From Felis catus (Eukaryota), in contig NC_058368.1 of the NCBI RefSeq assembly GCF_018350175.1, forward strand, positions 214,894,001 to 214,958,000: 64,000 nucleotides of DNA, given 5' to 3'. Shown here piece by piece: positions 12,484-23,743 of this stretch. Position 1 is the first letter of the stretch. Each line of letters opens with the position of its first letter. The notes below the pieces were generated by a model, which was not told the DNA's origin, did not search any database, and saw only the letters and a program-made list of their open reading frames with translations. The translations under genes were made by a program, and so were the position numbers.

Positions 12484-13782
12484 AAAATAGGGAATATTGA
12501 CTCCAGTCTTTTGAGAAAAATTGATTCTGTTGATTGTTCCTAGGCTTTGTTGGGCTGAATTTCCTGACAAATGCTAATTCTAGGTTTGTGTATATTTGCT
12601 TATTTAATGCTTATTTCTTTTCATTTTTAATCATTATGTTGCCATGTGTATAAATCACAAAAATCGAAAAATTACTAACACAAATCCTTTCTTGAAGTCT
12701 TTAGTAGTTTAGCTTAGCATTTTCAAGATCATGCTTATAAAAAATAATTTTTAAAAGACATAGGGATTTAATCTTTGGTTTATTTGGGGTCAAACTAATG
12801 TACTTATATTCTACCCCATCAGTAAAAAAGGAGACAGACTATTAGGAAACCCAAGAGCTCTTGTAAATATTAAATTAATAAAAATTAAGTTATTGAAAGG
12901 GATCATGGATATAAAAGTAGATTACTGCATAACTTTAAATGAGAATTATATTTGATGGAACTGAAATCTTGAAATACTGATAGAAGACAAGTTTCCAGAC
13001 TTAGCATTTCATGATTCATATTTTGTGTGGTGCTTGCCTTATACTCTGTTAATACGCTTATAATACATGTGTGTCTTTAGTCCTCTGAGTGGCCCTTGTA
13101 CACCATTGTAGTAAGTATTATAATTAACTGTGGAGGACTGAAAAGGGCAGAACATAGCCTATACTGTTTCTGAAAGTATCATATAGGTAACATATGAGTT
13201 TGTCTCATTTAGTTTGGTGGGATCCTGGGTAAATATCAAATATGGTTTAGCACAGCATCATTTTACAGTTTAATTCAGGTTTTTAAAGGAATTAAAAATG
13301 TACAAATGCACGCCTAACATTTCAGGCTACTAGTACCTTAAAATTAAATAAAATATTAACATATGGTGATACCTTGATAAGAAAGCAACCATTTGCAAAT
13401 GAAAGTAGCTGAAAATATACTGTGGACATCTGTATTCTACTATGGATACTTAACTACCTGTAACATTAGTCACAAAGTATAGAGAAGTAATCATGGGCAA
13501 ATCACCTGATACATTGTTCTAGGTAATTACCCTTAAAAATTTACCAAAAAAAAAAAAGCCCTCAAAATCCAAAGAATTTTTATTCAGCTGTGGTTTTGAA
13601 AATGGAAACACTTAAATGTATTTTAAGATCCGATGTATTTACATTATGGTAATTGACACATAATTACCTCAGTTGGTAGATTTTACTATGGGGGGGGGGG
13701 GGGAGATATATATAAAAACTAAATCGGGACCAAAAACATAAAGTCCTTGCAAATATTGCCTACATAATAAGCAAGGTAGAGA

Positions 13783-14163
13783 GGGGTACCCGGATGGCTC
13801 AGTTGGTTAAACGTCTGAGAGAAACAGAGACAGAGACAGAGCATGCGTGGAGGAGGGGCAAAGAAAGAGGGAGACAGAATCTGAAGCAGGCTCCAGGCTC
13901 CGAGCTGTCAGCACAGAGCCCAATGCGGGCCTGGAGCTCACTCAGGGACCATGAGATCATGACCTGAGCCAAAGTCAGATGCTTAACTGACCGAGCCACC
14001 CAGTAGCCCCCAAATGTCTGACTCTTGATTTCAGCTCAGGTCATGATCTCATGGTTTATGAGTTAGCCTGGCATCGGACTCTGTGCTGACAGTGTGGAGC
14101 CTGTTTGAGAGTCTCTCTCTCCTGTCTCTGCCCCTCCCCTCAAATAAATAAATTTTAAAAAAG
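13783..14163 (+). mobile_element. CAN-SINE split by a nested antisense SINE
   Basis: Head 13783-13818, remainder 14012-14163; TSD aagcaaggtagaga / aagtaaggtagaga. Confidence 0.88.
13819..14011 (-). mobile_element. Nested tailless CAN-SINE
   Basis: Body ends in the CT tract with no A tail; TSD aaacgtctga (13809-13818) / aaatgtctga (14012-14021). Confidence 0.88.
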
Positions 14164-17100
14164 AAGTAAGGTAGAGAAAATATTTTCTAAGTCTTTATGC
14201 TTTAAATCTGTTATGTCTGATATAGCAAAAATAATGTTAGTGTTTAAAACCTGGAATGACATTTTCTTAACCGTATATTAATATTTTGATAATATATAGA
14301 TATGAACATTAAAAAGGATACATTGTTCCAAAGAAAAAATAAAAGTTTAGAAATATTGAGAAACATAATGGGTTGTAGGTAAGCTTAATATGATTTTCAG
14401 TGAAATGCATCAATTCTGGTATAGAAGCTACATTGGTAAAACAGAAAGTCATTTGTGAAACAAGTGGAAGCATAACTTTTTTATATTTTTTATTTTTAAT
14501 TTATTCTTGTTGAAATATAATTGATATCTAAACCATAACTTCTTTAAAAAAGAAAAACTCAGATGATTGATAGACTAGATTTAGGGTCTTGTTGCTAGGG
14601 TTAATACATTAAATGCTTATGATAAGTATTATTTGCAATGGAAAATTTTCATTCAATTATTTTTCCTATGTGTTTATTGAATTATAAAAGTAATCAAATT
14701 ATCTATTCAAAATATAACTGGCCTAAATCAATCATAACTGTAGGGGAGAAAATGACAATAAACAGAAATTAACTCACACCAAGACTTAATTGAGCTGACT
14801 CCAGGGGTTAGATAAACATCTCTATGTGAAGCACATTAATATTAGATTGTGATACCGTTGGCAGGGATAAAAGTCTTGGACCCGACGTTGACTTTTGAAA
14901 TCAAAATGTTTTGTTACGTAAATTATAGATATAATTAGTAACAAAATATTTTGAGCCAATACAGGAAAACTTATGGTCATAAAAGTTTTCTGATGTTTTT
15001 AAAATTTTCCCCCTTAGTGATTCCAGATTAATTTTGGCTGCTTTTAATGGATTTTCTAAGACTTAGAAAACATAAAGGAACTTTTACAAAAAGTAAGTAG
15101 GTTAGTTAGTCTTGTAAATATTTTCTAGATTTACTTGTGGATATATCAGTAATCAAGAATATGATTATGTGTGTGTGTGTCTGTATGTGGGGGGGGGGGC
15201 GGGTGAGAAAGAGAGGTATCAACTCCAGCCTTGCAAAAAGTAAAATGATGAATTTAAAATTCTAAATGTGACTCCGTTTTCCTTGATTGTATTTCCATTT
15301 AATTACCCAATTAAGAAAAATTGAGAAACTGGATAATACTTAGAATTTTAAATTCATCCTCTTGCTTTTGACACGGCCAGAATGACACTACATTTTCAGT
15401 TATTAATCTTGTCACTACTATTTACTTCAAAATTTATCTAAAATATGGAAGTATGTGTACACATTTCATGCCAAAGACTGTTTCACCCACCTCCTTTCTG
15501 TTAGGTAACACACGATGAACTTATTTTAGCATCCTTCTGGATTTATCTCTTTTTTTTTTTTCTTTTTTTCTTGTTTTGTTTCTTCTATCACTTCCCTCAG
15601 GTCTGAAAATCAAAGGATGTAGTGGAATTACAATCCCATCTTACTGGATGGGTTACTAGGACTTGGTGGAGTAACTAAACCCATGGGAAGATTAGCTGAA
15701 GAGACAACCACTAATATCCTTGAACTCAATGCTGCATTTTCTCAGTAGAAAATACTTATGCAAAAATCTTGAAATGGTAACTTACTGAATTGAACTTAAC
15801 ACCTAAGAGACAGACGTTTGGTTGGAAAAAAATTATCCTTGAACAAAAAATGTGTTTTTACTTTTAATTTGACTGATTTGGCCATAAAGTCCATTATAAA
15901 TAATATATTTTTGGACAATTCTTTGCTAAGGATTATCTCTCCTAAATTAAATTTGTAAAAGCTGTAATATCATAACTGAATTTTCCAAGGACAATGTTGA
16001 CCAGTGTTTGATAATTTGTAGGAAGTCAATTCAATATGAATACAGATCTCAAGACAAGGTAAGGAGATGGTTTGTCTACTGAGTGATGCATTTAAAGCAT
16101 TGTGTCACACTTCTGAGAGACTGTATCATATTTATGATTTGAAGTAGAAATTAAAAATTATGTATCATAACTTTCTGCTCAATGTAAAATCCCCTCATTA
16201 ATACTATACATTATAGTTTCCATTGTTTATGTTTAATTTTAACATGACAAATAATTACAAGTAGGAGATTCAAGAATGTATGAATAAAAATAAAATTCTA
16301 TCAGTAATCAACTGTATCAGTTTTTGAAATACATCCAGGATTGCAATTGTTACTCATGCCCTGCTTACACTAGGAGGCCATTTCAAACATGATTCATACT
16401 GTCTCTTAGATCTCTCTAATTTCTAACTTATTTCCTTCATCTCCAAATACACATGGTCCCAAATGTATCTCAGCAATGCCTTTCTGATTTAAATGTCATT
16501 TTCCTTTTCTGTAAACTACTCAGATAATATCATCTTTGCTTCCACAATTTTGTTCAGCAGAATTTTGTTTAGAGGCAGAAGTCATAAAATTTTTAATATT
16601 GGATTTAGTGCTAAAAGCAAAAATAATAGTGATGGACTTTAAGCAGGGGACTAACACAGTACCCTTTGTACTTTTCAAATAAATTAGTGTAAAGTAGGTC
16701 TGAAGACACATGAGAGGATTGCTGTATATCCAAAAATAGTTGTGGTTTGTATTAGAACAGCAGTTACAGAGATGGAGACAGGTGAACAAACCTGAGAAGT
16801 ATTCAGTGTTTGGCAATCAATCAACCTGTACCCACGTAGGGTGTGAAAGTGAATGTTACTCTTTATGTAAAGTCCGTATGTCTGGCGTGAACATCTGGCA
16901 TGTTACAGTATTGCCAAAACTAAGTAGGGGAATTTTGGAGGAGCAGGAGCACCAGTCCATTTCTGAATGTTGTTCCTAGTTTTAGAAACAATCTTGGTGT
17001 CTGTGTGTGTGTATGTGGGGGGGGGGGGGTAAGATCACTGCTTTGTACTAGAACTTAGCTCCTAACATTACATCAGGAATAAGACCTTAATTTATTATCT

Positions 17101-18049
17101 TTGACCACTTTCAGAAGGGACTAGAGTCCTGTCCCTGACTTGCAGCCTGGGAATTGGGTCAAACAGGGAGTTCAGTAATTGAACAGGAAGTATGAAGTCA
17201 GAATAGGTGACTGAGGGCAAATCGCATTTTCTAATTATTGCAGATCTGAGTTGTTACTTTATTTGATCCCCAGCTTGGAACATCAGATAATTACATGTTG
17301 AAAAACTTCCTCAAATTGGGGCATTCTATACCCCTGGGTTACTCCTCCCACGTATAGATGATTTGGGACTTCTGGCTCAGTATCAGACTCTCCGATACTA
17401 CTTCTGTATGAGTTGTTGAAAATTTCAGTATTCACTTATCCTTCCAAAACCTGGTTTCTTAAACTGATCTTCTTTGGTGATCAATGATCTTGTTCCCAAT
17501 CCCAGCTTCACCACTACCTACCATCATACTCTAAAGTTACCAATAATAATTGCAACCTTGGAATGGTTCCAAGTTCATGCATGTGATAGCTTTATGTATC
17601 AGGTTGGCTAGACTATGGTATTCTGTTATTCCAAACACTAATCTAGGTATTGCTGTGAAAATACTTCATAGGTGTGGTTAACATGTACCATCAGTTGACT
17701 TTAAATAAAGGATAACCTTGATAATGTAGGTGGACCTCATCCAATCAGCTGAAAGGTCTTAAAGGAAGAATTGAGATTTTCCTAAGGAAGAAGAAATTCT
17801 GCTTCAAAGTTTCAGTATTAGCTCTTGCCCAAGAAAGTTTTCATTCTGCAAGCATGCCCCGTGAATTTCAGACTTGTCAGCCTGGAAATTAATAACATAA
17901 ATCAATTCTTCAAAATTAATCCATCTCTCCCTTTTATCAAGTGTATATTTGTTTATCTATAACATACTTAAATATATAGATAGATATAGACAGATCAATC
18001 TATGGTATCCATAGATATGTATGGGTAGATCTAGATAGATCTAGATATA

Positions 18050-18365
18050 CAATTGACCTTTGAACAATGGAGGGTTTAGAGAGAATGACACTCCCCCACA
18101 GTCAAAAATTCAATAATAACTTTTGACTCCCCCAAAATTAAGCCTACAGTTGACCAGTAGCCTTACCTACTACATAGTCAATTAACACACTTTATATGTT
18201 ATATGTATTATATAGTGTTTTCTTACAATGGAGTGAGCTACAGAAAAGAATATGTGATGAAAAACAAAAGAAGAGAAAATACATTTATAGTACTGTATTT
18301 ATCTTTAAAAAGCCACATAGAAATGGACCCATGCAGTTCAAACCCATGTAGTTCAAGGTCATTTA
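18050..18365. mobile_element. Tigger2a-type non-autonomous TcMar DNA transposon
   Basis: Terminal inverted repeats caattgacctttgaaca ... tagttcaaggtcatt after a TA; internal ataacttttgactccccc block. Confidence 0.8.
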
Positions 18366-18398
18366 TTTATAGATTTAGATTTATATGAATACTACCCC

Positions 18399-18401
<3 letters not shown>

Positions 18402-18434
<33 letters not shown>
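18402..18434. repeat. (CA)n microsatellite
   Basis: Direct reading. Confidence 0.95.
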
Positions 18435-18435
<1 letters not shown>

Positions 18436-19019
18436 CTGATTGGTTCTGCTGCTGCTTTACTGGACAACCTTGATTGGTACAACACATCCCTCTCTTGGAG
18501 CTGTTCCTAACATTCATTTGACTCCAGTAAGATTGTTAATGTACTGATGGTCTTTTCTTTCACTTATTTCTATGCCTTTGAAGTTCTCTCATCCTCTCCT
18601 ATCCAGTTTAAGTTTTATATTAAATGAATGTAATCACTCCTTTGAATATATATTGTCAATTGCCTTGTGCCCTGTTTTCTTACTCATATTAATTCAGAAA
18701 ATGCACAACCTTGGTTAAACCTGGCTCAACACAAACTCTGAACACACAGCTACAGCCACTCTTCAAGTGAGACTAGCTGGAGAAAAGCACTATAAAGACA
18801 TACTGATTTGTCTTACATTAAACTCATGACTAAAAAGCTCATGTGGGCTCTTACTATATCTTGTCCAATCACATTCTCAATGTTCTAGATGACTAATTTA
18901 TATCCTATCTCTTTGCCTCAAATATCTACCACCTCCTTTTACATTTTCTTTTATTTAATAACCTTGCCTTCTACTTCAGAGAACTGAAATAATCAGAAAC
19001 TTATTCCCATAGAGTTGTA

Positions 19020-19322
19020 CTTGTCCAGATGCATCCAATCTCAAGCTGCTGTGAGTATTGCTGCTAATTACTTATTACCGTACATTTCTCCAGACAGTTG
19101 CCCTTGGCCCCAGGAGTTATCTTTGCCACAAGTGCTCAGGAGGTCAGCCCCCTGACATCACTGGCAAATGACCCTCAGCCAATGATGCACCAACAGAAGA
19201 GGATCAACCTCAGTTGCCTTTCTTCCTCATAGGTTTTCCTCCCATGAGTACTTACTGGATCAACTACTTGTACAAGAATTGCACCTTAGTTTCTGCTTCT
19301 AGGGAACTTAATCCAGGACACA
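19020..19322 (+). mobile_element. ERVL-class LTR fragment (LTR16-like)
   Basis: Ends ...tacttgtacaagaattgcaccttagtttctgcttctagggaacttaatccaggaca, typical of this class; recall only. Confidence 0.5.
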
Positions 19323-19905
19323 TAGATTACCACCGGCCTGTACCGGCATGCATACTCACATACTCTGGATTCATTTTGTCACTACAGAATAACATCCATA
19401 TTCCTATCTGAAGATATTCCCAACATATGTGTAGTAGATTCCATCCTCAGGACATATTTCCAACAATGCTCTCCTGTTACTCCTTATATTATTAATGTTT
19501 ACTCCTGTACTTGACCACTGCTGTTAACACTCATACATTCTGTGACTTCTTTTGTCTTAGAAATTATTTTTCTTATCCCATTTCTTTTACTTATTTCTTA
19601 TTTTGCTTCTTGTTCCACTTCTCAAAACTGTTGATGGTATCTGATGTTTCCAACTTAGGTTTTCCACTTTTCTCTTAAACAAACATCTAAAATAAGATTT
19701 AAGAAAATAAACAGGAGTAAGTCCTATGGATATCAATAGCAATGAGTTTATGAGCAATATATCTATGAGTTATGAACAGTACAACACACTTTCATGATCT
19801 GAACCATAGCCGTCAGTGTTCTAGATTCTTCTTTATTCTCATCTTGCTCCTTTCATCAACTTCAATAATTTAAAAACCATAGCAGAGGGAGCAATTGGGT
19901 GGCTC

Positions 19906-20112
19906 AGTCAGTTAAGTGCTTGACTTTTGATCTTGGCTCAGGGTATGATTTCACAGTTCATGAGTTCGAGCCGCATATTGGGTTCTGTGCTAATAATGCT
20001 GAGCCTGCTTGAGATTCTCTCTCTCCCTCTCTCTCTCAGCCCCTACCCTGCTTGCATGCATGCTCTCTTTATCTCTCTCTCTCAAAATAAATAAACATTA
20101 AAAAAAATAAAA
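19906..20112 (+). mobile_element. CAN-SINE
   Basis: Full body; TSD aaaaaccatagca / aaaaaccatggca. Confidence 0.9.
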
Positions 20113-21034
20113 ACCATGGCAATACATAAAAATAAATGTAAATGGCTCCCAAATCCATATTTTTAGTCGACTATCTTATTACCCATCAAATTCTAGAGAC
20201 AAATGATTGAGCCCAGATGATTGAATAATATCTGTGTTAATCAAGAATGTGTTTAGCTATAAGAACATAAAATCCCCTCATATAACAATTTTCCCTCTGG
20301 ATGCTACTTCCATAATCTAGACAGGAGGAAAGGGGGAAGGGCAAAAAACAGCAGAGTATGTCTAAACTAAATTTACCTACTTTTAAAGGCCTTTGTTCAG
20401 AAGTCCCCAACAGCGTCTTTCAATATATATGTTATGGATTCAAACTGAGTTACATAGCCAATTCCAGCTGCAAGGAAATTCATGAAATTGATTATTTTTA
20501 ACATCATTGCAAAGAAAAAAATCAAGTTTTTTGGTGGTGCTGATTATTGATGTTGTGAAGAAAAGGGAGAATAAAAGTTAGGCGGCAACCAGCAGTGACA
20601 GTGTAATCACTTCCAGGACATTTATGAACTAGTTGTGCAACACTGTATGAACCATGATTATTACAGCATCAGTCACAAAATGAGACATTATTTTGCCAAA
20701 ATGAAAGCATACAAAAATAAACAACTCATTATAACTATTTAAAATATTTTAAAGTGATTAGGTATGTACTAATAATTTGAATACCAATAAATGTTTTTAT
20801 ATATTAGTAAATCTTTGTTTGAATTTGAAAGATAATAAAGATTTAATTCTCCATAATAAGAATAGGGCAATTTAATGATGAAAGTGTAACTTATATAGAA
20901 AAATGAGCATTCTTCCTAGAGATTTCTGAGATGAACTTGAATAAATTTAGAATCTATTAACTTCTAGTAAAATACAAATGAGATAAAAATTCCAGTATCT
21001 TGTCATTGTTGTGGGGGAAGGGAGAAGAAAAGTT

Positions 21035-21275
21035 TTATTTTATTTATTTTTTAAGGCTTCTTTTTGAAATGTTTATTTATCTTAGAGAGAGAGACAGAGC
21101 ATGAGTGGTGGAAGGGAAGAGAGAGAGGGAGACACTGAATGTGAAGCAGGCTCCAAGCTCTGAGCTGTCAGCACAGAGCCTGATGGAAGGGGGGCAGACT
21201 CAAACCTATGAGCCCCTAGATCATGACCTGAGCCAAAGTGGGACACTTAACTGACTGAGCCATTCAGGCACCCCT
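21035..21275 (-). mobile_element. CAN-SINE inserted in the tail of the adjacent SINE
   Basis: Reverse-complement SINE; aaagttt(t)attt on both sides. Confidence 0.88.
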
Positions 21276-21468
21276 AAAGTTTATTTATTTTGAGAGAGCA
21301 AGAGAATGAGCAGGGGAGGAGGGGCAGAGAGAGATAGAATCCTAAGCAGGCTTCTCACTGTCAACATGGATCCCGATGTGTGGCTTGAACACACAAATTA
21401 TGAGATCATGACCTGAGCCAAAACCAAGAGTCAGTCAACTCAACCAGCTGAGCCACCCAGGATCTCCA
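21276..21468 (-). mobile_element. CAN-SINE (older, tandem with previous)
   Basis: Reverse-complement SINE body ending gagccacccaggatctcc. Confidence 0.85.
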
Positions 21469-21699
21469 AGAAAAATGTCAAAACAAAAATCTTTCTAAAG
21501 TAATCTTGAGAAAAACATAAAAAAATAGAAAATAAAATGCCACAATGCATTAGTAATAGTAAGCAGCTATATAAGCAGGTCTTATAATGTATTATGAAAT
21601 ATAGTAGGCGATGAGATAGATCTATGTAACATAATGTGAGAAAATGGAAGGAAGAATTTACTAATATTTATCAAGTAAATATGGTTTGATGAATGATTT

Positions 21700-23743
21700 T
21701 TATTATTGTTTGTTGTTTCAACTTTTATTTGAATTCTGGTTACTTAACATATGCTGTAATATTGGCTTCAAGAGTAGAATTTAGTGATTCATCACTTAGA
21801 TATAACACCCCAGTGCACATCACAACAAATGTACTCCTTAATATCCATCACCCGTTTAGCCCATCCCTACCCTCCTCCCCTCCAGCAACCCTCAGTTTCT
21901 TCTCTACAGTTAAAAGTCTCTCATGATTTTCCCCCCTCTCTCTCTCTCTCTCTCATTTTTCCCTTTCCCTATGTTCATCTGTATTGTTTATTAAATTCCA
22001 CATATGAGTGAATTCATATGGTATTTGTCCTTCTCTGACTGACTTACATCGCGTAGCATAATAAAATCTAGCTCCATCCATGTTATTACAAATGCAAGAT
22101 TTCATTTTTTTTGATAGTTGAGTAATATTCTATTGGTATATATACCACAGCTTCTTTATCCATTCACAAGTCGATGGAGATTTGGGCTCTTTCCATAATT
22201 TCGCTATTGTTGATAGCACTGCTATGAAAATTGAGGTGCTGTGCCCCTTCCAATCAGCATTTTGGTTTGGATAAATACCTGGTAGTACAATTGCTGGATC
22301 ATAGAGTAGTTCTATTTTTAACTTTTTGAAGAACCTCCATACTGTTTTCCAGAGTGGCTGCACCCAGTTTGCATTCCCACTGACAGTGTAAGAGGGTTCC
22401 TCTGCATCCTTGCCAACATTTTCTGCTTCCTGTGTTTTTATTTTCCTGTGTTGTTAATTTTAGCCATTCTGACAGGTGTGAGGTGGTATCTCTTCATGGA
22501 TTTGATTTATATTTCCCTGATAATGAGTGATGTAAAGCATATTTTCGTGTGTCTGTTAGCCATCTGGATGTCTTCTTTGGAAAAATGTCTATTCATGTCT
22601 TCTGCCCATTTCTCAACATAGTACTGGAAGTCCTAGCCTCAGAAATCAGACAACAAAAAGAAATAAAAGTCATTAAAATAGGCAAGAAAGAAGTCAAACT
22701 TCCACTATTCGCAGATGACATGATACGCTATGTAGAAAACTCAAAAAACTCCACCAAAAATTGCTAGAACTGATACACAAATTCAGCAATTTCAGGATAT
22801 AAAATCAATGTACAGAAACCTGTTGCATTTCTATACACTAATAATGAAGCAGTAGAAAGAGAAATCAAGGAATTAATCCCATTTACAACTGCACCAAAAA
22901 CCCTAAGATACCTAGGAATAAACCTAACCAAAAAAGGTAAAAGGTCTGTACTCTGAAAACCATAGAAAACTTATGAAAAGAAATGGAAGATGACACAAGG
23001 AAATGGAAAAACATCCCATGCTCATGGATTGGAAGAAGAAATATTGTTAAAATATCCATACTACCAAAGTAATCTTAGATTTAAATCTGTAGATTTAATA
23101 TGGTCCCTATCAAAATACCATTTTTCACAGAGCTAGAACAAGCACTTCTAAATTTTGTAGGAAATCACAAAAGACCCTGAATAGCCATAGTAATCTTGAA
23201 AAAGAAAAGCAAAGCTGGAGGCATCACAATTCCAGACTTCAAGCTATCTACAAGACTGTAATCATCAAGACAGTATGGTACTGGCACAAAAAGAGACCCC
23301 ATAGATCAATGAAACAGAGTTGAAAACCCAGAAATGAACCCACACTTGTATGGTTAACTAATCTTCGACAAAGCAGGAAAGAATATCCAATGGAAAAAAG
23401 ACAATGTCGTCCACAAATGGTGTTGGGAAAACTGGACAGGAACATGCAAACGAATGAAACTGGACCATTGTCTTACACCATACACAAAAATAAATTAAAA
23501 ATGGATGAAAGACCTAAATGTGAGGAAACCATCAAAATTCTAGAGGAGAAAACAGGCAGCAACCCATTTGGTTGTAGCTACTTCTTACTAGACACATCTA
23601 CAGATGTAGGAAACAAAAGGAAAAATGAACTATTGGGACTATTGAGACTTCATCAAAATAAAAACTGTGTAGTGAAGGAAACAACAAAGTTAAAAGGCAA
23701 CCTATATAATAGAAGAAGATATTTGCAAATGATACATCTTGAT
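21700..23743 (-). mobile_element. 5'-inverted (twin-priming) carnivore LINE-1
   Basis: Minus-strand 3'UTR and ORF2 C-terminus (21700-~22613) abut a plus-strand ORF2 segment (~22613-23743) running from NIVLEVLA...LFADDM to ...IFANDTS. Confidence 0.9.

Larger units (their letters stand above)
17582..18482 (+). mobile_element. ERVL LTR (MLT2-like), interrupted by a DNA transposon and microsatellites
   Basis: MLT2-type start (tgtgatagctttatgtatcaggttggctagactatgg), body (ggtggacctcatccaatcagctgaaagg) and end (gattggttctg...ggacaaccttgattggtaca). Confidence 0.75.
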
